A DNA stretch of 64,000 nt from Paraspadella gotoi (lineage: Eukaryota > Animalia > Chaetognatha). This document shows, piece by piece, positions 48,579 to 61,041 of the stretch. Below the pieces are notes generated by a model. It was not told where the DNA came from, did not search any database, and saw only the letters and a program-made list of their open reading frames with translations. How positions within the stretch are numbered: position 1 is the stretch's first letter; every line of letters starts with the position of its first letter. The stretch is from contig CM119269.1 in NCBI GenBank assembly GCA_051294375.1, positions 14,767,918-14,831,917 on the forward strand, in the 5' to 3' direction. The position numbers were made by a program, and so were the translations under genes.

Positions 48579-50030
48579 GGTAAAGAACAAATGTTTATCA
48601 AGATAGATCGAGAGAATATCAGCGATTTCATTTAATTTTTGACATTTTCCGACGGACCGACAAAAAAAAAGTCACAAAAAATCTCGGGGTTCGTTTCCCC
48701 TCGATTCTGACGCGGGGTCAACGAACAAATCGAACAAACGAACGAAGGAGCAAAACAAACAAAACTCTCGTTTGTTTGCGATGTTTATCACCTGAAGAGG
48801 AGTTTCGGCGGTGGGGGGGGGTGTGTGGGGGGGAGGGAGTCATAAAATCGAGTTGACGATTCTTGGTCAAATAAACAAGAACTGAAGTGAAGCGAAGGAA
48901 TGTTTTTTTGCTTCCGGGATTTTGACAGACTCACCGACTCGTCGACGCGAGTGAGAAACAGAGAATGGAGGGGACACAATTGTCCATTAGCTGCTGGAAA
49001 AGACTATCTTAAGTCACGGAAGAAAACTGTCCCAAACTCAACATCCGAAACGTAAATTAAAGAGCGAGTTTAGGTTGGTTTTTTTTTCGTTGTGGAAATA
49101 TTTTGTCGAATCCACGCGATCGAAAAAATAGTAATTTGTTTTGTTGAGCTCGTCGCATTCAACTTTAAGGAGAATCATCTTTTTTCTGAGAAACTTTTTT
49201 CTAGAAGATTAACTGAAAAAAAAAAATCAGTTTGAAGCAGGAATGGTGAAGGTAATTGTTGCCAGCGCAGTTTTTTTCCCGAGTCACTCAGGGTTTTGTT
49301 GAAAGAATCTTCCGAAGCGGAGAGACTTTGTTGTGAAAAGAGAAATGAAAACAGAAGAAGCGATTTCCGATGAAAAAAGAGAAAACCGCTAGATGTGATA
49401 ACCTAGTTGTTAAAAACCTTGTCGATTTTGTAAGAGAATAACGTAAACAAACAAACCGCGAAAAATGAATTTTCTGTAGAAACGAGAAACGAATGCGGAA
49501 AAAAAAATTATTTAGACGAAAGATGGAGAAAAAAAGTCGATTTTTTTTTCTTCAATCTCAACGTCTTTTTGTTTTTAAAATCAGATGCCGGCAAAGCAGC
49601 TCGAGGAAAAAATATTCGGAACAAAAACCTTTCTTAAAAGAAAAATCGACAAAAAAAAACAAGGCGTTTCTTTCCTTATGAATTTTCGTAAAAAAGGCCG
49701 GAGAAAGAGAGAGAGAGAGAGAGAGAGAGGGGGAGACAAAGTGTACGATATTTTTTTTGTTATCTCAAGTTATTGTTTTAGCCTTCTCCTCTTTCACTTT
49801 CTCCTCCCTCCACAAACATTCCATCGTTCACCTTTTAATCTAATCTATTTTTTCACTGGCACTTCCACTACTTTTTTTTTTTGAAAATTCTTTTCGTTTT
49901 TTTTTAAATCAGAGACACACACACACAAAAATCCACTTTATTTTGCCATAAAGTTCGAGGAGAAAAAAAAAGAGAAATTAGACAACTGCAGGATTTTTTA
50001 CAACATTTTTTGTGGCAGTTCGAATGGAAT

Positions 50031-50132
<102 letters not shown>

Positions 50133-50907
50133 TTAGCTGCTTTTTAAAAGCTGTAACGCAAAGTGAGTGAAATCTCTCTCTCTCTCCCTCTCCGATTTCG
50201 CTCAGGGTGTCTGCCCCCGGGGTTTATAGAATTCTCGACGTAAACCTAGACGATCACGAAGTGAAGGTCACGTGACAATTAATCGGGATGCGTGAATCAA
50301 GTCCGGCGAGTGAAACCACCGCGCGGATAGTCCCGCGAGTGAAACCACCACGACGAAAGTTCCGCGAGTGAAACCACTGGGAATAACAACAAACTCAAAA
50401 CATGTAAAAGTGTTGGATAGTACATAATTTTTACAGTAGTAGTCATTAGACATTACATCGCAAAGTTCGGAAGTACCAAGTGAAGGCTCGTGAACTTGTA
50501 AGCTTTGATCTGGATATCCAAAGGTAAAAAAAGTCGCGAATACAAGTTTATCAGGAGAGAAGTGAGGGAAGTTCGGCGATTGAAGACCCGCTGTGGTCGA
50601 GTGAAGACCGGCGAGTAAAGCCCGGCGAGTGTCGAGCGAAGCCCGGCGAGTATAGCCCCTGCGAGCGAGGACCCCCCTGACCAAGAGACTGTCGGTTCCG
50701 GCCACTTTTTTATGTGGATTCGGATTTCGATGCACTTGGATCTCGATCCACCTCGTCGCCCTTCTCCCCTTCAAATAAAAAAGGAAAAACAAAGATGTTA
50801 TGTATTCGATTACGGAAAAAATTCGATAATGTAAGTTGGTCTTGGACGCGAGTGACGACGTGACGTAATCGTTGATACGCTGAGAAATCGACAACTAATC
50901 GTCTCGC

Positions 50908-50949
<42 letters not shown>

Positions 50950-51868
50950 AAAAAAACGAACGTGAAACTTTCATGACGAACGCGTGGCTGAGAAATATGA
51001 ATCTTTACGGTGAACGGATCACGTGAGTCGATCACGTGGACGGAAACGGATTGGTGACTGGAAAAGGTGAATTAGGTTATTGTCAAAAATTGGTCAGCAT
51101 ACAGTGATTGTTACTTGACTGGAAATTATATTCTTGTTAAATTATTAAATATAATAAAATAACTGACATCTGACAACTGACAACTGACATTACTGATTGT
51201 ATAACATAAAAAAGCAATAATGACGTATTAAGCTATCCCAGCGAGTGAAGAAGATGTATGCATATTTCATAAATATGTGAATAAGAAGATTACAATATTC
51301 CCTGGACAAAAAAATCGATCAAAGTACACGATGAAATGAAATGATTGCACTAAATTGAATGAGTCGATAACAGTTTCTAAATGAGGTGATTGTGTAGGGT
51401 GAAAAGAGATCGATCACTGTGGGTGAATCGCTTTGTTGAATGTCGACGCGCGAGTCACGTGACGCGATAAAAATTACGACTTTTCGAGTCGACGAATCGA
51501 GAGTCGAAGATCGAAGTCGAGTGACCGGAAGTCGTTTCGATCACCTGTCGGTTCGTCACTACGAAAACTTCGCGTCGGAAAATGTGGTTCGATTCCTGAA
51601 AGAAAAATTAATTAAAAAAAAATTTAATTGTCAACAATTTTTGCAAGAGTGTATTTTTAGGGTACGTTTAACAGGTCTTGGTTTTATGAACAACAGAAGT
51701 TGGACAATAGGTACGTCTCTCAGAAAGGCAATTCCCCTAAATAAATTCCCATAGTGTTTCGTACATTTTCGTTTCTCGCTAACCCCAGACTCATAAAATC
51801 AAATGCAAACTTAGACACAATAGTGACTTTTTTACAAAACGCAGGTTAATCCATTCTTCTCCGCCCAG

Positions 51869-52941
51869 TAAGGGGTGAACTTAGTAATATTTTGCCTGAT
51901 TAATGAGCAAAGTGTTTTTGAATTGCTAGGTAAAGAAATGATTTTTCTTAAATATATAGGCAATTTTCTGAATCAAAATATTTTGCTTATATTTATTTTT
52001 AAAGATAAATAAAACAATATATTTTCTTTTATTGTTTTAATTTCGTTATCAACTATATTTTAAAATTTGTTATATATATTTTTAAGCCAAAAATACTTTT
52101 CCCAGATGGTATGAAATATGATTTATCAATAGTAGCATGGCATTAAGTCTGTAATCTACTTGGCTACTAACAGAACCAGAACCAATAAAATTATAGAAGA
52201 TTAATTAATTGATATTAATTCATTAATTCATTAATTAACAGATAGTAAAGAAATTGTAATAACCAATGAGGATGCATACATTTGAAGAGATTTGCAATGT
52301 ACGTAATTCAGTTGTATCCTGATATGATTGACAAGATTAAAACCTCGATCAAAGATGACTGTAACAATGTACCCAAGACCAAGTCGCCCATAAATATTTT
52401 GTATTCTTATTAAAAATGGCAAAAGCTTACTAGAATTCTATGCAGAATATGAATTGGATTACTCAAATACCTCCCAAGCTGATTATATGTTAAAAAATTC
52501 GAGCTCAATATAAAAGTGAATATCCTATGGATATAATTTTCAAATATTGTGTTGTTTCTTTCTTTCGTTGTGTTTTTAAGATTTGGAGAGAAAAAGAATT
52601 TCTTTTAACAAACAACAAACTTTTTATTATGATTAAACATACATGTTTCGACTTAATTTGCAAATCTTCATCAGTGCTTATTTAATTTTGATAATACATA
52701 ATTTTTTGTTTCACAGTAAACAGTGAGAAGGATGGAGGGAAAGAGAGAGAGAGAGAAAAATAAATGTTTCTAACAAAGAAATAAAAAAGGGACAGTGGTC
52801 AGTTTTGAGGATAGGGTAAGTTTGAGCAGAGAGAGAGAAGGTGGTGGAGGAAAAGAAATTAAAATTTGGCAGAGAGAGGAGGAGAAAGAGAGATGCAGAG
52901 GTCAATACATTATACATCTTATACATCTATACTTATACATT

Positions 52942-52972
<31 letters not shown>

Positions 52973-53680
52973 TTTCTCTCCATCCTTTTACTGTTTACTT
53001 GTGAAACAAAAAATTATGTACTATCAAAACTAAATTTAGCACTGATAAAAGAGTTGCAAATTAAATCAAAACATGTATGTTTAATCATAATAAAAAACTT
53101 TGTTGTTAAATTTTTTTTCCTCTAAAAATCCAAAAAAGGTTTCCTTCTATTTTTTCATCATTAACAAGAATTTTAACTCAAAATAAAAAATGACATCTTT
53201 GAAAATTCTAAAAAATGTTTATCTTAATTAAAAACATTATATAATGGACTCCAACCCCTGTCACCAAACTTGGTTATATAATAAATATTTTTAGCTATTA
53301 ATTTTATTTTACAAAAATTATTTTGTCTTTCATTGAAAAATATTCTAAAATATTTGGGCTAAAACCAATTGAATTTCAATGTTGAGCAAATTAAAGTTTT
53401 ATATTTGATAAAGATTTTGTTTAAAAATTATACCGAAAAATTCCTATTTTGTAATTTTTTTTAATTTTAAATTTAATTTAATATATTTGGTTTTAAATTA
53501 TTTAAGAAAATATTTCCTTTTAAATCTTAGCAAATTAGATCATAAGTTTGTCAGTTATATCTTAGTTTTAAAGATCCTTTCTCAATTAAAAATTGCCTAC
53601 TTTTTATTCAGTTACTACTTGGTAAACCAAAAAATTGTCTATTACCTATTTAAGAAAAAGATTTGCTAAGTTCACCCTTA
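51869..53680. mobile_element. Non-autonomous fold-back DNA transposon with 8-bp TSD (hAT-like)
   Basis: Exact direct repeat CCGCCCAG at 51861-51868 and 53681-53688. Terminal inverted repeats TAAGGGGTGAACTTAG / CTAAGTTCACCCTTA. Long internal inverted arms (about 52580-52770 vs 52935-53140). No transposase ORF. Confidence 0.85.
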
Positions 53681-54099
53681 CCGCCCAGGCCTCATTTTCT
53701 GTTACCTTATTTTAGTTCTTACGTTCTCGATTTATATTTTATACAGCACTAACTCAAAAGCATTAAAGAGACTGTATCACAGAAGCTGCAACTCTAAATT
53801 ATTTTTTTTTTTAACAAGAATGGGGAGAAAGCGTTAAAACTAACTTTTCAATAAAATATCCTGTTTGAGCATTTGATTTCGCATTCAACACCGTTGATTC
53901 GGTAGAGGCTGAACTTTACTATAGCAAGACATTGTACTTTACCGTATGTTATTATTATTGCGTTTCACTCTACCCCCTCCGCTGAGCTTCCCCCGTCCCC
54001 TCCCCCTTCCCTCTAGTGCGTAGTCCCCCACTCTTTTCCCCTCTTCAATCACGCATCTCAACAGACCCCTTCTTAAAAATCGGATTTAATCCTCTTTTC

Positions 54100-54480
54100 C
54101 TTCTCTCACTGGCCAATCAGCGGGGAATCTTTTCAAATGCTATTCTCCTCCAATCAGATTCGACTTTCCGAATCGTTCGTTCCAATCGGCTTCTTTCCCT
54201 CTCTCCGTCGTCATCGTCCTTCTCGAAAAATTTCGGTCGGGAGGTGGGAGAGAACTCCATTTTTCTTTTCTTTCTCTCTCCATCTCACTTTCACCCGCCC
54301 TCCCTTTCCTCCGTCGCCATGGCGACGCCATGTTGCTCGTTTATGGTGCGCGGGAGCGATTGGTTCGGGGCCGGAAGCGAGATCGGTGATTGGTCGAACT
54401 GGGAAAACTCGCCGCTCCCTGATTGGTCGACGTCGCGTGCACGTGACGTTTCAAGCGCACGTGACGCGCGTTGACGCCGA
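54100..54480. promoter_or_regulatory. CpG-rich promoter candidate with six CCAAT boxes, an ETS-like core and two E-boxes
   Basis: CCAAT at 54113, 54150, 54182; ATTGG at 54359, 54389, 54422; CCGGAAG at 54371; CACGTG at ~54440 and ~54458. Lies ~500 bp upstream of the Ig-gene ATG. Confidence 0.55.
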
Positions 54481-54970
54481 AATTCATGAATTCCGACGAT
54501 TTTTCTTCGTCGCAGAATTGGATGGAACCAATTGATTCTCCGTCGATTCTGAGTCGCGTGTCTAGATTGACATCCGATGCCCCTTTCTCTCTCTCTCTCT
54601 TACTTGCGGGGGAATATAAATAAAGAAAAAAAAGAAAGATTAACTGGAAAGAAAAATAGAAAGACAAAAAAAGTCGCGGACCGAGAGTAGAGAGAAAAAG
54701 CTTTTCTTTTTTTTTCTGTCGGTCATGCGACGACGACGACGACGACGAAGGAAATCCCTTCCTCGCGGGAAACGGACGATTCGGCCATAGTTTTCTGTCT
54801 GTGTCCTTATTTGGCAATAACAACGACGACAACGACAGCGACGCCCACGGTTGCATTTTGAAAAGAAGCCTTTCTCTCTTTTTAAACCCTGAACGACTTT
54901 CTAACGAGAAGTGCGAGCTGTGATATACATTTCGAAAACAATCTCATTTTTAAACTGAAAAAAAAAAATA

Positions 54971-57134
54971 ATGATAAGAGCTCTCTTCCTCCTGGCGATT
55001 GTGCCTTGGTCGACTGGTAAGCATTGTGACGTAATTAAAACAATTTTGTACAATTATAAATACACCCTTTTCGTACAATTTAACTCAATATTTCAATGTT
55101 AAGTTGGTGCGGATACGGAAGTCTACGTGGGCGTCGGCGGGACCGTCTCTCTGCCTTGTCCTTATAAGGTAATAAGATGTAAAAAAGGTAATAGTTTGAA
55201 TAAAAATATTAGGTATCCTAGGTTGGTTACAACAGCCCGAGATTTAATTCATATTTTCGCTACTAGGGACGCCTTTCCCCGAGATTCGCCGGCGCCGTCG
55301 TATGGAGTTTCTCGCCCCAACTCGGCGACGGCGCCGACGTGGTGGCGCGGGCGTGGGCGCCGGAAGTGGAGCCGGATTCGCGGATCGAGAAGTTCGAAGG
55401 CGCCGTCGACCTCGATCTGGTAACGCGGCGATGTTAAATATTGAAAGGTTATTATTATTAATTTATTATTATTATTATCTAATGAGAGGATTTTATTTCT
55501 TCATGACCAGATGTACAGACAAAAAGCTGATTTGGAAATAAAACGGTATTCGATCGACATGTCGGGCGAATTCGTTTGTCGGGTGAGTCCGTTAATTGAG
55601 TAATAGAAATGTAAATATAAATGTAGATTTTAGTAATATAACATTGGAATTACTATCCAATTAGTTTAACAGCTTATTTTTTTTCCCGCCAGGTAAAGCT
55701 AGAGTCTGAAGACGGATCTCCCATACCTGATGTAATTCACGAATACAGCGTCAAAACGGCACGGATTTCCGCCCCTAAACTGTTGCCAGGAGACCCAATA
55801 GTCGCTAGGGAGGTTAGTGTAGTTTAGACACAAATACTAACGACGACAAAAGATGAAAACTTTAACTAAATTTTATATTTAAAGACATAAACATTAAACA
55901 TTAAACATTAACCAACTTTATACCTAACAATCGGCAGGACGTGGAGGTAGTCGTACAGTGCATCGCCACCGGCGTCCCTCTACCGGACGTGACTTGGTTC
56001 GTCGCGGGTCGAAGGGCCACGCCTACTTCCGGGGAGACGCCTTCCCCGGATGAGATTCGGTCCACACTGAGCTTGAGTCCTGATCGAAGGATGAACGGGC
56101 GAACGGTCAGGTGCTCAGTGGAAAACGCGGCGACCAAGACGGTTGACGACGGACGCCCTCTTGCGGTCGACGGTGAGGCACGAGTTGATTTTGTTATTGT
56201 TGTTGTTGTCCACCAATTCGGACTTTGTCTTAGAGTTAATTGATCACTGTGTAAAATTTCGTGTATATATTAATATTGATTCTTAGATGCTAAAAATAGT
56301 AATATTTTTTACAAGTAACCGAGTCCAATAATAAATTTTTGGATGTGTGTCTAGCTCTAACTTTGATCTTTTCTTTTTTTCTGACCTCATCGATCTCATC
56401 ATCTCATCATCATCTCAACGACCTCATCGATCTCCACCACCTTCAGGAAGCCTCTACGTCCGCTACTCCCCCTCCGCCCCTCAAATCGCCCTCGACCCAA
56501 CTCTCTGGCTCCCAGCCTCCTCTCTCTTCACCGCCGCCTGCAACGTCGCCGATCTCGGCAACCCCCCTGGAGTCTTGAGGATGACCACACCGGACGGGCG
56601 GACCAAGCTGGGTGGAAGCCCAGGCGCCACTGTGGTGCAGGTGGGCGTGGCGGGTTGGAAGGCGGAGTGATATAAAAAGGGGGAGGAACGTGGTGTTTCA
56701 CTAAGATTGAATAGTGTTTTCAGTCCCAATAGCCCTTGAGAATATCAATGTACATATTCAGTCTTTTTATCTTTACTTGGCACTGTGATGAGGTTGAAAC
56801 TAATATACTACGTACTCTCTTTATCTTTATTTTTCCTTTCTTTATCTTTCTTTCTAATTCTCCATCAGACGAGCTTCCAAGTTCAGCCGAATCACGATGA
56901 GTCCGAGATCAATTGCTTCGTCGACTCGGAGGTGTCGTCGTCGTCATCGTCCGCGACGATTCGCGTCGCTTTTGGTCCCAACGGCGTCGACATCGACGGC
57001 GAAGACGACGTCGTCGCCGGCGAAGATTTGACGCTGACCTGTCACCCGCGCAACGTTAATCCGAGGCCGGAAGTGATCTGGGAATCACCGAGGTTTTGAA
57101 GACTGTGAGACTGTGAGCCTCTCGTATCTGATTT

Positions 57135-57196
<62 letters not shown>

Positions 57197-58442
57197 CTTT
57201 TACACACACACAGATCACACCCCATTACTCCGACAACGTGGCCGAACTCTTTCACCAATTCCTCCTTCAACTCAGTAATTCTTCGTCCCACGTGGCGCAA
57301 CAACGGCGCAGAGATTCACTGCGTCGTCAGAAACGTCCACAACATGATCGAGAAGTCAGATCACGTGAGTCAGGGAGAAAAATCGCTCTTTGTTTTACTG
57401 AATTCAACTCATGGTAATGAGGAAACAAACGTGGTTATTAATCCCTTATTAGTTCACTTTCTCAACATAATAAATGATTTGACAGATGAAACTGATTGTT
57501 TATCACGCTCCGATGTGGACGTCACCCGCCCCCTATCGTCGAATCCCCGCACGCATTAACGAAACAGTGACTCTCGAGTGTAATGTATCGGCCAACCCGC
57601 CGCCCGATGGTTACTCATGGACAAAAGAACAAGCGGTAGACGGAGAGACTTTTGGAGAAAGCGAACTCTGGCGTGGAAATGGGGAAGTTGAAGAAAGTAA
57701 TGGAACAGTTATCGGCGACGAGAGAATGTTATTGGTGAGCACTGAGCAGTGAAAATCTCTGAATTAAATACTTCTATATAATGTCGTCGTAAGCGTTAAC
57801 ATTAATTGAAACGTAATTGTTTTTAGATTCGAACGAACGAAGAAAGTTATGGACATTACTTCTGCAAGACTTGGAATGCTTACGGAACGAAAGTTTACGC
57901 AGTTATTCTCGTTGACTCGAACAGTCAAAATCTGGTAAAAAAACATTGCCACACTAGTAGTACATTGTATTCAATAAAAGTGATCTCTTTATAAAAACAA
58001 AGAATGTCTTCTGGATTTCAGAATGTGTCGGGGATACAAGCGAAGCTAATCTTGATGGTTTTCTTAATCGTTTTCTTCGTCTTCATCATCTTCGTCGTCG
58101 TCATCACTATCATTATCATCGTAAAACGTAACCCGAAATGTCTCGCCGCTGGAAAACCGAAAAGGTGATAAAATCGATTAGTACTTGTACTCATATTTCG
58201 TTGAAAATGTTATTTAGCAAACTAAAAAAAATTTAAAAATATGAAAGAAACAAAAAGGAGGGAAAAATAATTGAAAAAACTATCTAATCAATGGCGACGA
58301 TTCTCTCTCTCTCACTCTCTCTCTCTCTACCCGATTTTCGTTTGTATCTTTTAATACTTTTCAATCTGTAAATATCATTTTGTAAATTGATGTAGGCTTT
58401 TCGGGGCACAATGTATCCAAAGCCCGTTTCCTACTACAATTC

Positions 58443-58523
<81 letters not shown>

Positions 58524-59457
58524 AGACGACGGGAGCGAGGCGCCTCCGAGATGTCGGCCATTCGGTCCAAGACTCACTCCACGACGACGACGCACTTGTC
58601 TCCCTCGCAGACAAACTCCGCGGCGCCCTTGACCCTCGCGGCGTCGCAGTTGACGCCGTCGACGGCGCCCATGAGTCTCTCCGAAGCGGACGTCTCTCGT
58701 GGCAGCACTCTGTCGTTGAGGGGAAGCGTGGACGAGCCCGTTGAAGGCGGGAATGGTGAGAGAGAAAAAGAAATTCCTTTGGAGTCAAAACTGATAAATA
58801 GTCATAGCAGAAGATAAAAAGATAGTCAAGTGTTTTATTTACAAATTAATAAACCTTCAAATGAATTAAATTTCTTTCTGACATTTTCTTTTCAGCTAAC
58901 GGGGGTCTTCTAATGACCCTGGACTCGGCCTCCGGTCTAATCTTAGGCCCTCAATTTCCGGTGGGAAGAAACAACAACTTTCAAAATGGTATATATGGAA
59001 GCTGTATAAATGCATATAATTATTAATTACATACATATAAACAAAAAAATCGGACATTAAATTCTCAGGTGCCCACTCATCATCTCCTCGTTCAAATCGT
59101 CGCCAAGCGAAGAACAATCAAAGAGCGAACGGTGCTTCTTCGCCGACCGGCGGCGCTTCGATCGCCGGCGCCGCCGCCTTCCCGTCGCCTAACGTTCAGA
59201 GCCTCACCATCGACGTGAACGCCGCCAAGCGGGAGACGACGTCTCTCGGCAACGGCAGCAACCGCAGCAATCAGAGCAGCGGAAGTCACAGAAGCAACGA
59301 CAGCGATCATCCGCTGTTGGACGGGAAGAGAGGAGAGGCGAAACCAAAGAAGAAGAAGAAGCATAATTTGTTCGGGGTGAAGAGGAGGAGGAGGAGGAGT
59401 CAAGCGGGGGGTGGGGGGAAAGGAGAATCGGACGAATTGGAAAGAACCGTGATTTGA
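54971..59457 (+). CDS. Immunoglobulin-superfamily type I membrane protein, five Ig domains (Kirre/NEPH-like architecture)
   Basis: Signal peptide MIRALFLLAIVPWST. Five Cys pairs: SLPC..GEFVC, VQC..TVRC, AAC..EINC, LTC..EIHC, LEC..GHYFC. Transmembrane segment at ~58045-58122, then an S/T-rich tail ending ERTVI. Splice phases checked throughout; orthology not established. Confidence 0.85.
57139..57212 (+). repeat. (CT)n + (CA)n microsatellite at an intron 3' end
   Basis: Read directly; abuts the acceptor AG. Confidence 0.9.
58446..58523 (+). repeat. (CT)n microsatellite at an intron 3' end
   Basis: Read directly; abuts the acceptor CAG at ~58525. Confidence 0.9.
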
Positions 59458-61041
59458 GGGAATTAATGGAGGGAGATTGAAAGAGGGAGTTGAAAAAAAA
59501 ATATGATGATTAAGAGAGTGAAGAAGTTAATTAATGAAAGAAAAATAAAAAGGGGAAACAATTATTTTTGAAAATAAAAAATAAAAGGAAAAATAAGATT
59601 AATTTCATTCAGAGTCTAAAAAAATTATCTGATTTTTGATTACCTTTCTGATAATTTTTTATCTCTTTGTGAGAATTAAGGCGTCGATGATAAAAAGTTG
59701 AATTTGTCAGAACTTGCTTCTTTACACTTTGAAAGGTTTTAGAATTATTACATTAATTTGAAAAGCTTAATTTATTGCGGCATTGCGTTTACACTTTTTA
59801 TCACATTATCACTTGTTACATTCCAATTCGCTCCTTTTCTGTTGAGCGTATTTATGAAATTATATGTTGTAATCACATTAAAAACAATTTGTAACAAATT
59901 AATTTGTCACTGATTTATATTTTTGTGCGCGAAATTGAGAACTTGTTGTCAAGTTGTCACAGTTTCGAAGGCAGGCAGGTAAACACTATCGACAGTATTT
60001 GACAAGAACGACAAAATTTGGCCGACAATGCAAACGACATCCTCTAGTGACTCAAATGACGAACACGAGAGTCGCCACAATCCTAACTTTTTCATTTCCA
60101 GTAATCGTGGCGCCCCCCCCCCCCGAGTTGTGGAGGCCTGTTCTCTCGCTACTATTACAAAACCTGGAGACAGTTTCTGTTCGGTCGTTATGTCAACCTT
60201 TATTAGCTAGAACGTTACAAGCGATCTTTAAACATAGTGTTAAAAACACTATATAATTCAAAGCCAATTTGAAAAAGAAGTTGAAGTTTGGAATCTTTGA
60301 TCTCATCAGCTTGACGATAATGCGGAGTCGGGTTTGAAGGCCGCAGTGGCTCATTAACTTATTATCCGCTTTAATTCAATTATTTTCATTATCTTTCCGT
60401 AATCTGGACTTTTTGAATTTTCACAGCGTCGCCTCGAGCGAACAATGGCTGAGACAAGAAGAATATTGACTTATTGTGGTTGATTTTAAAAACCGGTTTT
60501 CGAAAGGAAAAAAAATCGGTTCTGTTTTATTTTTGACGAAATTTTTATTGTTCTGCTACGGCTTTTACCTTTTACATTCGACTTAAAATTAATATTTATT
60601 GATCTCAAAATTACGCATTACGTCGATTTTTAGTCAAAATTAAAATTAAAAGACTTGAGTATTGATTAAAACTGATTTTTCTAACTTAAATTGACAAATA
60701 TTCGTTTATACGCACGTAGGGATCGAGACAGCTTTCAAAAACTCTCAAGGTAAGTCACCTTGCCACTTTTTGATAAAAAAAAAGATTATTTTCTTAGAAT
60801 GGAAATAAAGCAAGAACTCTGGGAGTTTTATGATCCTTTTCTCCTTTGGAGCTCATATTCAAGAAACAAAATCCTAAAAACATTTGCATTAATAGTTGAT
60901 AATTCAATAAATCCGTTTCGTTTCAGATGACGCGGCCTTTGAAAGGGGAGGAATAAAACATTTTTTTCTATCTTATCATAAATCTCTATTTCTCTTTCTC
61001 TCTCTTTCTCTCTCTCTCTGCGGATTCGACAAAATTTCACC

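Noticed and set aside
50305-50378. CRISPR-like repeat-spacer pattern
   Set aside because: Only three ~14-bp units with ~14-bp spacers, in a eukaryotic context with no cas genes.
60280-60310. Hammerhead-like core on the minus strand (CTGATGA-GATC-AAA-GATT-CCAAAC)
   Set aside because: The conserved GAAA is absent and I found no convincing stems I/III.
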